A stretch of 64,000 bases of DNA from Eledone cirrhosa. Taxonomy: Eukaryota. This document shows, in pieces, positions 12,970 through 25,000 of this stretch; the first letter of the stretch is position 1; each line of letters starts with the position of its first letter. Position numbers and translations under genes: made by a program. The notes beneath the pieces are model-generated. The model ran no database searches. It was not told the origin of the DNA and saw nothing but the letters and a program-made list of their open reading frames with translations. The stretch is from positions 251,720,001-251,784,000 of the forward strand of contig OZ024741.1 of NCBI GenBank assembly GCA_964016885.1, written 5' to 3'.

Positions 12970-13155
12970 TGGGAGATCCTAGTTAGGGCTAGATCGTATA
13001 ACGGAAATAAAAGACCATGTCACCTCTGCGCCGCCGAGGCTTTGGAAATACTCTACGCCAATGATCACAAAAAATCTGAGGCAATTTCGGCTTGTAAACA
13101 TAAATTGCACAAAACTTTCCTGCATTACAGCCCCACATTATACCCTAACGGATAG
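12970..13155 (+). pseudogene. C-terminus of a Penelope-like element ORF (5'-truncated)
   Basis: Hand translation [45 protein letters not shown]...* shows the W-x-I, CxLC, E and CxH pattern of PLE ORF ends. It has no ATG, so the ORF track misses it. Confidence 0.65.
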
Positions 13156-14073
13156 AACGAACTATACGCGGATATTTTACGTCTTGATGTGGTATCTAAG
13201 TATATGTTATGTTTATACCATTACTTATTTGTATAGGTAAATATATATTACCTGTATGTTTTGTGAAGGTACGTATACTTTCTCGTACGTATGTAGGGTG
13301 TGTGTATACTTTGTGTTTTGATTGACGTTCGTCTCCGAACATATGTGTATTTACATGTAGGTATGTGTGTGCGCTTGTTATATACGTATTTATTTATTTA
13401 TATACGTTTACTTAATTATATGTATACACACACACACATATATATATATCTATTTTTTTTAAAATATATATTTTTATGTGTATTTGGTATATACATTCGT
13501 ATGCGTGCGGGTACAGGCGTTGCGTGGGTTCTGTATGTGCGTGCGGGTTTTTTTTTCTTTTTTTGTCTACTGATGTATACCTAGGGCGAGTGTTTTCGCG
13601 TATGCTTGTGTATGTACGTATATGGATGCGTGTATGTATTTATTTAATTTCAATTACCTCTGTATTTTATTTACTTTATTCTTAACTCTGAAGCCGAGAA
13701 TCATTCGGTTTCCTAGTTAGAATTTTAGTCTACAACTTCAGTTATACCATTTACGTGGTTTTGTCTTTGCGTGCTATTGTTCTCCACGCTCCACATATGA
13801 CGTATTATCTTCGTTTTTTCCGTTCATTGCCAGAGAACGTCTCTATGAACCACCTAATAGAATATTAGTCTACGACTTCTTTTATACCATAAACGTGGTT
13901 TTGTCTTTGCGTGTAATTGTTTTTCATCGCTCCAAATAATGACGTATTATATTCGTTTTTTCCCGTTCTTTGCCAGAGAAGATTTCCACGAACCAAAGTA
14001 TCGTCTTCCTGTCTTCCTCCGGTTGCAACGTGTTTTGAAATATTCACTTCTGCGTTCACAGATTGACTTTGTT

Positions 14074-14124
14074 AGTTTCAGAAGATCCCGTTAAGGGTGA
14101 AAGCAGCGATTCTTTGCTTAAACT
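14074..14124 (+). ncRNA. Type I hammerhead motif with core substitution (CAGAAGA)
   Basis: AGTTT-CAGAAGA-T-CCC(GTTAA)GGG-T-GAAA-GCA(9 nt)TGC-TT^AAACT. All three stems pair. Confidence 0.65.
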
Positions 14125-14288
14125 TTAATCTGTTATTTTAATAAATATTTGCTCTACGGTTCTTATATATTTGATATTTTTATCCTTATCGAGCCCTCTT
14201 TGGATTTTAGTCTTCAAATTTATTATTATTACTATATATACTTATATATATACATACATATATATACATATATGTATACATATATATA

Positions 14289-15174
14289 CTGGGTGTGAAC
14301 GATATTTGTTCACAATTTTCAACTGCTAATTTTATGCAAATTTTTTTTACTTCCGTTGTCACTCTTGTCTTCATAAAAACTATATTTCCATTATTTATTT
14401 TCAGAATAATTGATTATGAATAATTTTGAACCTCCAAATTTGTGGAAGAGACACGGAGTTCTTTTTGCAATCCGTGCCGGGAGGACAAATAAGACCAGAA
14501 GATCAACTCCCAGAACAATAGGTGGCTCGCTGTCACATCCAAAGGCGTGCCCAGAGTCATGCAGACAAAGTTTCCAGCAACGACATTGGTCTTAGGTGTT
14601 GTCAGCAGTCAAGGTGACGTCATGCCACCTCACTTCTTCCCTGAGGGCCTCAAGCTGAACACCGATGGCTACATCCGCGTTCTGAGCGAGGTAGTAAAGC
14701 CATGGATCCACCAGGTAGCTGCAGGTAGGCCGTACGTGTAGCAGCAAGACTCAGCGCCCTGCCATACCAGCCGAAAGACCCAAGCCTGGCTGTCAGAAAA
14801 CTTTGTCAACCACACTTCACCTGACATCTGGCCTCCCAGCTCGCCTGACTGCAACCCCCTCGACTTCTTTGTGTGGGGCACAGTGGAACGAGACACCAAC
14901 AAATCTAGTTGCAATACGAAAGACGATCTGAAGGCAAGGATCACAAGTGCCTTTAGGGGTCTAAGTCGGGGGACAGTGACGAAGGCCTGTAGCCGGTTCC
15001 GAGGCTGCCTTGAGGCCGTCATCAAAGCCAATGGCAGGTTTATCGAGTGAGATCGAAAGAACAAGTCATGAAGACAAACTGACCCAAATTTGATAAATAT
15101 ATCTTAAAAAATAAAACTACTGTGTTATATTTTCCTAGACAGTAATCTTGCGAACAAATATCGTCCGCACCCTG
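14289..15174 (+). mobile_element. Tc1/mariner superfamily, DD37D (maT) type, internally deleted
   Basis: ~27-bp TIRs CTGGGTGTGAACGATATTTGTTCACAA and TTGCGAACAAATATCGTCCGCACCCTG, with TA on both sides. Transposase remnant QQDSAPCH...WPPSSPDCNPLDFFVWG has 37 residues between the two Asp. Stop at 14739-14741. Confidence 0.9.
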
Positions 15175-15181
15175 TATATAC

Positions 15182-15182
<1 letters not shown>

Positions 15183-15225
<43 letters not shown>

Positions 15226-15610
15226 TTCTTCCACACCAGTATGGGTTAGACGGGTTGTCCTGTTGTGGGCAATGTTAGGTCGGGTGACCTTGTCTTGCTC
15301 AACTGATTTTAGCTTGATTTCTACAGCTTGATGCCCTTCCTAACACTAACTTCATTTACAATGAGCGCTGGGTGCTTTTTTTCCCTGGCGCCTATATGAC
15401 CACTTTTCAGTGTGGTCTGGGTGCTTTTTTTGTCATGACACCTCCACGACCTCTTTGCAGTGGGAGGGGATGGAGCATACTGTCTATATGCTTCGGCTTT
15501 GGCTTATTCCCATGGGTAATCGGGTCTTCTGTATTACTGCGTGATGCCAGAGGTCAGAGTCCTGTGCCATCACCGTTGAGAGGGGCAATTGGGTATGTCT
15601 GCTTTTATCA
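15183..15610 (-). mobile_element. RTE 3' end fragment (related subfamily)
   Basis: Minus strand encodes DLWHHAVIQKTR, followed by the GATGCCCTTCCTAAC module and a (GAT)n tail. Confidence 0.7.
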
Positions 15611-15879
15611 CCTCGATATATAATAACCAATTTTTCACTAACTTGTTAATTTGTGTTTGCGATACGTTGGCTGAGTGCCTATGGTGGGAGCAGAACTATT
15701 TGAATTTTGTCTCCTGCCATCACGTAAATTTCTAAATCAGTAGCCAATCAGAAGAGTGCATTATGACGTGTAGAGATTCCAGTTGCCAACATTTTACTGT
15801 GTTGGCCATCACATACAGTCATAGCCGGCACTGACTGGAGTTGAATTCTGTCGATCGATTGGTTATTGATTTGGCGAAA

Positions 15880-15990
15880 CCCGCTGATGAAGCTACATGC
15901 ATCAATTGTGCATTGTTGCATAATATATGTGGACAGAGTGTGTTGTGCACTCTACTGTTACATTAAGTGTGGCTGAAACTCGAGTTCAGG
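15880..15990 (+). ncRNA. Type I hammerhead motif with a ~70-nt insertion in loop II
   Basis: CCCG-CTGATGA-AGCTACA...TGTGGCT-GAAAC-TCGA-GT-T^CAGG. Stem III is the palindrome AACTCGAGTT; stem I has one mismatch. Confidence 0.65.
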
Positions 15991-16039
15991 AACAATTGAA
16001 GGTATCCGTTTCTGTGTGCTGTATCGAAGCAAATAACCG

Positions 16040-16598
16040 ATGCCATACTATCTAGAATAAGGATGGATTGGAAGAAGTTTAGGGAGCTGCTTCCTTTGTT
16101 GACAAAGAAGGGTTTCTCCCTGCTTACGAAAAGACGGTTATATGATGCCTGTGTGAGATGCGCGATGCTGCATGGTAGTGATACATGGGCAGCAACTGCA
16201 GAAGGTATGCGACGGCTGGAGAGAAATAAAGCAAGTATGCTCCGTTGGATGTGCAATGTCAATGTGCATGAACGACCAAGCATGGACGAGTTAAGAAAGA
16301 AACTGGGTATAAGAGGGATAAGTTGTGGTGTGCAGGAGAGAAGGCTGAGATGGTATGGACATGTGATGCGCATGGAGGATGACCGCTGGGTAAAGAAGTG
16401 CCAAGAAATCGCAGTAGAAGGAAGACACGGTAGAGGTAGACCATGTAAAACATGGGCGGATGTGGTGAGAGCAGAACTCAGACCACTGAAACTCACCGAG
16501 GAGATGACAAGTGGAGAGATGCTGTGCTGAATAGGACCCATCCAACACTTGCAAGCAGGGACAAGCGGACATAAAATGATGATGATGATGATGATGAT
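16040..16598 (+). mobile_element. RTE LINE 3' fragment, short-UTR subfamily
   Basis: WKKFRELLPLL...MLHGSDTW...RRLRWYGHVMRM...GRGRP. Ends GCGGACATAAAA(TGA)n. Confidence 0.9.
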
Positions 16599-16850
16599 AC
16601 TCTGGGAGTTTATTTAACATTACCTATTAAGTACACTGAGATGCAACTGGTCCTAGCAGTGATACCCATGCCAGTTCCGTCAACCTATTATATGTATATA
16701 TATATATATATACATATATATACATAAATGTAATCTGAGTTTTTTGAATATTAATAATAATATTCGATTCGTTTGCAATTATGCAAACAGCCTCTTTTTT
16801 AAAGTCATGTCAGTAGAATGAGCCCCTGATTCTTTCTCTTATGTTCGCAT

Positions 16851-16916
16851 GTAAACAGAACTGCAGACGCTAATGTTTCTGGGTATTACCCTTCATCAGT
16901 GCAGTTTACTGTTCAC
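16851..16916 (-). ncRNA. Type I hammerhead ribozyme with extended stem I
   Basis: Minus strand reads GTGAACAG-TA-AACTGCA-CTGATGA-A-GGG(TAATA)CCC-A-GAAAC-ATTAGC-GTC^TGCAGTT-CTGTTTAC. Confidence 0.85.
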
Positions 16917-16969
16917 CTGCCAACTGTCAGAGCTAGTGAAAATATATGATATTTTCTAAAATATACAGT

Positions 16970-17068
16970 GACTGATCGACCTGATTTGCATATTAGCAGA
17001 CTGGCTGATCAGTCAGATCTGCATATTAGCAGATCCACTGATCATCCAGATTTTCATATCAGCATACA
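16970..17068. repeat. Three ~33-bp tandem units (CTGATC...GATTTGCATATTAGCAGA)
   Basis: Seen directly; lies upstream of the minus-strand HHR. Confidence 0.7.
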
Positions 17069-17206
17069 GGCCAGTCAGTTTCCTGTATACGAGAGATTAA
17101 TGGCCGGCTTTGCCATATTCAAATATTTAAAAAAAAAAAAAATTTTTAGAAAATATATATTTTCACTAGTTTTGAGAGTTAAAAATAGTTGAACTGTGAA
17201 AATAAT

Positions 17207-17322
17207 TGTTTCTACTTTTGGCACAAGGCCAGCAATTATCCTAGTGCATTACTAGTGCTTTATTTTATCGACCCCATAGAGATGAAAGGCAAAGTTAACC
17301 TTAGCAGGATTTGAACTCAGAC
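17207..17322 (-). mobile_element. SINE family N, partial
   Basis: Matches 1255-1370. Confidence 0.75.
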
Positions 17323-17327
17323 CGAAA

Positions 17328-19545
17328 ATAATAACATCATCACAGATGAACAAGCAGCTGGAAAGAAAGGTGTTTGGGAGTGTGCTGAACAAATCCTAAT
17401 CAGCAAAACTGCGATGTTGTAGGTGTGACAACTTAGGAAGAATGTGGTTACAGTCTGGCTAGACTACAGGAAAGCTTTTGATTCTGATCCCCTTTCTTGT
17501 ATGATAGAGGCCCTCCAACTTGCTAAAGTCCTAGACATTATTATCAGAGCCATAGAGAAGCAGTGTTCTTCATCCTAAAGTTAAAAACAGAAGGAGGACT
17601 CTATTTTCACTGTAAAATAGAATATCACAGGTGCATATTTCAAGGAGGCAGTCTCTCTGTGCTACTATTTATCCTTGTCCTTTCTTCTCAAGAAATGTGA
17701 AGGATACATCATTGGCTTAGAGGAGGACAGAAATATGATCTTAACCCATAATTTCTTTGTGGATGACTTAAAACTCTATGCTAAGAACATAGATGGGATG
17801 AAGAAAAATCTTGACCTGGCTACAACATTCTCAAAGGATATAGGAATGGAGTTTGGCCATGATAAATATTCATATTTGACTGTAAAGCAGGGAAAAACTA
17901 CAACCTAATCTAGCAACATTTTTATCAATGGCCTAACTGATGAGGACTGTTACAGATACCTGGGGATAGATGAGAATATATCCTGTAATGGTATTTGTAA
18001 TAAGGAACGTGGAACCAGGGAATATTACACCCGATTTAGAAAAATATGGTCATCGGAACTTTCTGCACACAAAAAAACAGTGGCTCACAATGTGCTTGCT
18101 GTGCCTGTCCTAACACCAACGTTTGGAATACTCAATTGGACAATAGATGAAATCCGAGCAATTGATGTTAAAATTTGAAAAATTCTAAACAACACCAGAA
18201 ACTTCCACATCAACAGTGACATAGACTGCCTCTACTTGAAATGTAAGCAGGGAGGCAGAGTCCTAACATTAGTCTGGACAGCATTTGAGTGTTGCATCAT
18301 ATCCCTCCGACAACATTTATGAACCTCAAAGCGTAGGCGCCCATCTATTGAGCAAGTCTGTCTGCATGAGACATATGAGAGTTGGGAAGGAACACCTTGA
18401 AAGATACTCCCTGCATGATAATCAAAATCGTAAACCCAAGGAAATTGCCCAGCACTACAGCAGTGAATCCATGGATAAAAACTGCATGCTTATCAGCAAA
18501 AAATCATGCATGGATATGTTGCCAGGAAGCTCCAGAGTGAGAGTAATATAGATAAGCAAAGTAGTCTTTCTTGGACCAACAACCGCTATATTAGCTTCCA
18601 CTTTGAAGCGTACACTTTTGCAATCCAAGAACAGGAAATCAACACAAAATATTTGATTCACAAAAGAGATAGGGATGTAGGCAAAACACCTAGATGTGAC
18701 AACAAGGACAGACTCGGCAGAATTAACATCGAAGATGTCACCCATGTCATAAGCAGCTGTCCAAAGATGTCATCGCGGTACTATCTACCTATGAGGTATT
18801 CTGTCGTGGCCAAAACACTATACAATGCAACCGTCGAAAAGATAGCCTCGACAATAAACACATTAAAAGCTACAGCAATGTGGAAGACATACATATACAT
18901 AATATGAAAGAGTACTGGTAGAATTTGTTTGTTCCAGACAAAACCCCAATAAAATGCAGGCATAACAGACCAGATATAATGATATGGGACAGGGAAAGGA
19001 AGGCATTCACAGTAGTGGAAGTTAACTGCCCAGCAGAAGCCAATATAATATTAAAGATTAGAGAAAAGGGGAATATCTATGCAGAACAAATGAGAAATCT
19101 ACAGATAATCCCCTTTGACTATACCTTCAGATTTATACCTGTGATTGGGGCACTGGGATATATTAGTAACTGCCTCAGTACAATCCTTCAGAAGCTGGGC
19201 TTCACAGAACCAGAAAGAATACAACTAGTTAGGAAATTACAAGTACAATCCATTAAGGAGCAGTAAAAGTATGTAAAACATTTCCAAAAATTCTGTATCT
19301 AAGAACTGCATATACACTTGTACAGATACAAAGCATATGAAGATGCACACATATAACTCAAACATCCACATCCACATATATAATAACATTCATACCTGTA
19401 CACTCATGCATGCATGCAGACATGCAGACATATCTACCTAGTTGATGTTGTATAAATTCCAATGAGAGAGACTTGTATCTATGATAGAAACTGACTGTCT
19501 CTCTATTGGCAAAAATTTGTGAAATTATAAAACCAGAAGAACATA
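17328..19545 (+). mobile_element. Decayed R4/Dong-like non-LTR retrotransposon (RT, CCHC knuckle, restriction-like endonuclease)
   Basis: WLDYRKAFDS, FQGGSLS, FFVDDLKLY, YRYLGI, EDVTHVISSC and RPDIMIWD...VVEVNCP. Many stops and frameshifts. Confidence 0.85.
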
Positions 19546-20035
19546 CATACATACATACATACATTATAATGCAAAGTAACCACTTAAAATAAGTGGAAAC
19601 AAGCAGAAAGCAAATAAAAGAAGTTAAAAATAATGTGAGAGAAAAGGAATTGTCCTCAATGTATCAGAAGCTATTTCGACAGCTCTAGCTGAGCTGTCGA
19701 AATAGCCGGAGTTCAGCAGTCAGGGTCCTGAATCTGTTCATATCATCATCATCATCATCATCATCATTTTACGTCCGCTTTTCCCTGCTTGCAAGGGTGG
19801 GACGATATAGATATATATACATAAATAAATATATATACATATAAATATATATAGAGAGAGAATGAGAGAGCGAGGAGAGAGAAAGTAATTGATGTACATA
19901 TGTTATATGATAATGGAGATATGTATATATATATATATATCTATGTATGTAAAAGGTAAACAAAAATAACAACACAATCGGTACAGTATATGAAAGGGAT
20001 ATATTAGGTTAATGCTTGATATAGCAGGAAGAGGG

Positions 20036-20071
20036 TCTTAACGTTTCGGATGCTAGTCCTTCATCAGAAGA
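20036..20071 (-). ncRNA. Minimal hammerhead motif (family X)
   Basis: TCTT-CTGATGA-A-GGA(CTAGCA)TCC-GAAACGT-T^AAGA. Stem III is the loopless palindrome AACGTT. Confidence 0.65.
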
Positions 20072-20321
20072 AAGAATGAGAAATAAGGTAGATTGAAGGG
20101 ACGGGCGGGGTGGAATTGGAAAAGATGTCTTTAGATAAAAATAACAGGTCCATTCATGTTGACATCTCTTATCATCATCATTGTTTAACATCCATGAAGA
20201 TGATCATCATTATTCTATGCACCATACATGCACCTTTGATGAGTTGTACTGCACCTGAGCACTGTATACAATAATGTTCATTATTATTCTTATCATTTAC
20301 ACACACATATATCATCACCAT

Positions 20322-20647
20322 CATTTTACGTCCGCTTTTTCCCTGCTTGCAAGGGTGGGACGGGAACTGATTCTAGCTTGATTTCTACAGCTCGATGCCC
20401 TTCCTAACACCAACCTCATTTACAGTGAGTGCTGGGTGCTTTTTTGCCGTGGCATCTCCACGACCACTTTGCAGTGGAATGATAGGGACCCCAGTCCCTA
20501 TCATCTCATTTCTACAGCTGAGTAAACTGGAACAATGTGAAATAAAGTCTTTTGCTCAAGGAAACAACACATCACCCGGTCTGAGAATTGAACTCACAAC
20601 CTTTCAATTGCAAGCCCAATGCTCTAACCACTAAGCCATGTGCCTCC
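20322..20647 (-). mobile_element. SINE family A, full length
   Basis: tRNA-like head through to the GCGGACGTAAAA(TGA)n tail. Confidence 0.85.
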
Positions 20648-20687
20648 ATATATATATATACACACACACACATATCGAAGATGATGA

Positions 20688-20730
<43 letters not shown>

Positions 20731-20733
<3 letters not shown>

Positions 20734-21990
20734 AGGAGGAAACATTACAAATGCTGTTTTCGACGGACCAACTCCGCGGCTGTAACACCCCACTTGCCGA
20801 CTTTGTAATGGGTAACCCCTGCTTGCAAAGGTAGACGTAAGATTTTCTTATATATTTTTTATCGTTTCCTCTATATTTCCTTCTTCACCCCATCCCTTCC
20901 TAGTCCTTCCACCCCAGTTATCTCTCTTTGTCGTCGTCCATTTCACTTTCTCGCCCACCCCGAGGCAGCCCTTCGGTCCTTTGTAGCCTCAGTATCCCCA
21001 CCCCCATCCCCCATTCAATGATAGAATTGGCCGACTCCGCTTTTTATAGCAGATGTGATAGACCACAGATACTTACTTTCTTATCTGATTGCTGCCCCAT
21101 TTCCGTGATTTCTAGATTTCTTAGTGGTATCTCTGCTTTAGTTTCTCGTATATCAGTATTTATTTACTTAATTTTTTTTTGGGGGGGGGGGGGGGGGGGT
21201 CTGAATTAATTTTTCGTATTAAATTTTTCATATATATCGTACGAGCATTTATGTAGTTAGTATTAGAATTTATGTATCGTAGCGGTACTCTTATATATAG
21301 TTTTAGTATTCATTTTCGGGATTCTGAATTATTATTTCGTATTAGTTTCGGGACTCTGAATTATTATTTCGTAGTAGTCTCTTTAGTATTTTGGCCCCCT
21401 ACTTGTTGACCTGTCACTGTAAGATAGATTTGGACGATTACTACTAACTCATAAAATTCTTTCACTACAATCTCGTATTTAGTATTCCGTCCCACCTATT
21501 AAACTTTTCTATAGTTTAGCAGTACCAGTGAGAGACTTGATGATTGTGGTAGGGGAATAGTAACCAGAAATTGTTTTTTTAATATTTTTGACACTCTTAT
21601 TATTCTTCTATATATTTACTCCATATTGATTTACTTACTGTTTTGACTTCCTCCCCCTCCCCCTCCCTAGTATACTTCTCTTGACCTCTCATCCTTAGGA
21701 TTCTGCGTTAGCTGGCACTATCAACGCACGACGGGGTTTCCTCCACTCCCTCTCCCTCTTTCTTCTACTGGCAAGTTCAGCTACCCCTTCCTTCCACAAA
21801 ATGCCATAATAGAATTGTGTGTCTCAACAACAAACCTTTGACCAATCCTTGTGACAATCACTTTTACCATATATGGAATTACCCCCTGAGAAGCTCGGCT
21901 ATTCATGTACCAGGATAAAATGTTCATTTAGTCCAGAATTAGCCGTCGAAACGGCTTGAGCTCAGCCGTCGGGGTCCTACTCATTCCTAT
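20731..21990 (+). mobile_element. Probable PLE-derived non-coding element ending in an HHR-like motif (21882-21974)
   Basis: (TA)n on both sides. The last ~65 bp recur at 12402-12462 and, diverged, at 19690-19742. Confidence 0.5.
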
Positions 21991-22019
21991 ATATATATAT
22001 ATATGTATATATATATAAT

Positions 22020-25000
22020 GGGCTGGGTGGGGTAGGAATCATGTTAGCAGAAAAATGGGTAGATAAGATAATAGACGTAAATAGAGTGAACGACAATAAT
22101 TAAAATAAGACTTGTCCTAAATAGAACTACTGTGACAGTAATATCTGTGTATGCACCCCAAAGTGGACTGCCTGGCACTATAAAAGACAGATTCTATGAG
22201 ACATTGATGCTCACTACCTCTCAAATAACCGACAGTGACTACATAATTATTGCTGGCGACCTAAATGGTCACGTTGGACAACATTGTGACGGCTATGATG
22301 GAATCCATGGAGGCTATTGATTTGGTACTAGAAATGAGGAAGCCTTCAGAATCCTGGAATTCTGCGACGCAAATAACCTAACTATCTGTAACACTAACTT
22401 CAAAAAACGAGACAATCACTTGATCACCTATAGATCAGGGGAACACGCCAGTCAGATAGATTATATCCTTACCAGAAGACGTGATAGAGTGTCAGTTGTA
22501 AACACTAAATCCCTCCCCCATGAAGAATGCACCTCCCAACATAGACTCATAGTCAGCGACCTCATAGTCAGGACAAGACGTACTCGACAACAGAGGAAGA
22601 CTATCCTCAGGAGAAAAATATGGAAGCTAAAGCACCCCACAGCCAGTAATAAATTTAAAAGCATATTATTTGATGCTTTCGACAGTAAGGAAGAGCAATT
22701 AGAGTCGTACAATATAGAGGAACAGTGGGAATTCCTGAAAGCTAACCTGCTGAAAGCGGCAGATGAAGTTTGTGGCTGGAGCAGGCTTATAGGCAGGAGG
22801 AGAGAAACGTGGTGGTGGAATAGTAAGGTGGAGGAGTCAATTAAGGCCAAAAAGCAGGCTTGGAAAGTATGGCGGGATGGGGTAAGTAGAGAAGACTATC
22901 AAGTGGCCAGGAGGGAAGCTAGGAGACAAGTGTACTTCGCAAGAAGGGAAGCAGAGGAAAGAAAGTTCAAGCATGTTCTTCAACACGAGGACCAAAAATG
23001 TGAGGTGTTCAGGATTGCTAGGCAATGTGTCAAGGAAAACCGTGATATTGTCGGGGAGAAGTGTGTCCTTAATGATGATGGTGTACTTGCCATCACTGAT
23101 GCTGATAAGAAGGTAGCTTGGAAGTGTCACTACGAAAGGCTACTAAATGAGGAGAATAAATGGGAGAAAGACAGTCTCCCCCACATCGATCCAACAGAGG
23201 GATCAGGAGTGCGAGTTGAAGGTAGTATAATAAGTAAGGCAATCAAAGATATGAAGACGGGTAAGGCGGCCTTCGGAAATAGTTGCTGAAATGCTGAAAG
23301 CATCTGGAACGGTGGGACACATATGGTCACCCGGATAGTAAACCAAGTCATACAGAATGGGGCCGTTCTGAAGGACTGGCGTAGCAGCATCATCATTAAC
23401 TGCTACAAGGGTAAAGGAGATGCTCTTGATAGGGGTAACTATAGAGGCATTAAATTAATTGACCAGGTCATGAAGGTCACAGAAAAAGTAATAGCGCAAC
23501 TAATCAGAGAACGAATTGATCTAGATGAAATGCAGTTCGGGTTTGTGTCAGGTAAAAGTATCACAGACGCTCTTTTCATTGTACGACAACTACAAGAGAA
23601 GTACCTAGATAAAAGTAAACCCTTATACTTAGCTTTTGTTGACTTGGAGAAAGCCTTTGACAGAGTCCTCCGCTCCATTATCTGGTGGGCGCTTAGAAAA
23701 CTAGGTGTTGATGAATGGCTTGTGAGAGCTATAGAAGCCATGTATAAAGAAACAGTCAGCAAGGTTAGAATTAACAACGAATATAGTGAAGAGTTTAGCG
23801 TAAAAGTTGGTGTTCATCAGGGCTCCGTTCTTAGCCCCCTACTATTTATTATTGCCCTTCAGGCTATAACAGAGGTGTTCAAGACCGGCTGCCCATGGGA
23901 ACTCCTATACATAGATGATCTAACGCTCATAGCTGAATCAATGGCTGAACTAGAGAAGAAATTCCAAACATGGAAGCATGGCCTAGAATCAAAAGGCCTT
24001 AAAGTTAACTTGCCTAAGCCTAAAGTTCTAGTTTGTAGGAAGGAAAATAGGGCACCAGTCCCATCCGGGAAATGGCCATGCTTAGTGTGTAGGAAAGGAG
24101 TAGGCAGAAACTCCATTTTATATCCCAAATGAAAAGTATGGGTGCATAAAAGATGTAGTGGGATCACAGGTAAGCTAACTAAGAATATAGATTTTATATG
24201 TGGCCGGTGCTCTGGTGCAATAAGTAGCAGCAAGTGCCCACAGAATACTAGCTCATTCCATTGCACAGATGGTTCTATAGAAATAGTGGACACCTTCCGT
24301 TATCTGGGTGACAAAATCAGCAGTGGGGGAGGCTGCTCTGAAAGTACAGTAGCTAGAGTCAGAACTGGATGGAAAAAGTTCAGAGAGCTTATACCACTAT
24401 TGGCCGCTAAAGGGTTCTCTCTAAAAATGAAAGGCAGGCTGTATGATGCCTGCATACGAACAGCAATGTTACATGGCAGTGAGACCTGGGCATTGTGTGC
24501 AGAGGATATACGCAGACTGGAGAGAAAACGAAGCTTGCATGCTCCGCTGGATGTGTAATAGTAATATACGTGAACGGCAAAGCATAAAGGAACTAAGGGA
24601 GAAATTAGGAATAAGAGGGATCAGATGCTGTTTACTCGAGAGAAGAGTTGGTTGGTACAGTCACGTGATGCGCATGAAAGACGACAGTTGTCTAAAAAAG
24701 TGCAGGGCGATAAAAATAGACGGTAGCCACGGAGTAGGCAGACCCAGAAAAACCTGGGACGACTTGCTAAATTCCGACCTCACACACTTACACCTCTCCA
24801 AGACAATGTCACTGGACCGAGATCTTTGGCGCTACACAGTTATACAGAAGACCCTCCTTGCCTAAGTACAAAGCGAAACCTACAGTCAGTAGACACCTCT
24901 AACAAAATACACCCCCGTCCCACTACCCCCACCCCATCCACACCACCCCCTTAAATGTAAAGTTATGTTGGTACCACAACATCCAGTCCGAAGCAAATGA

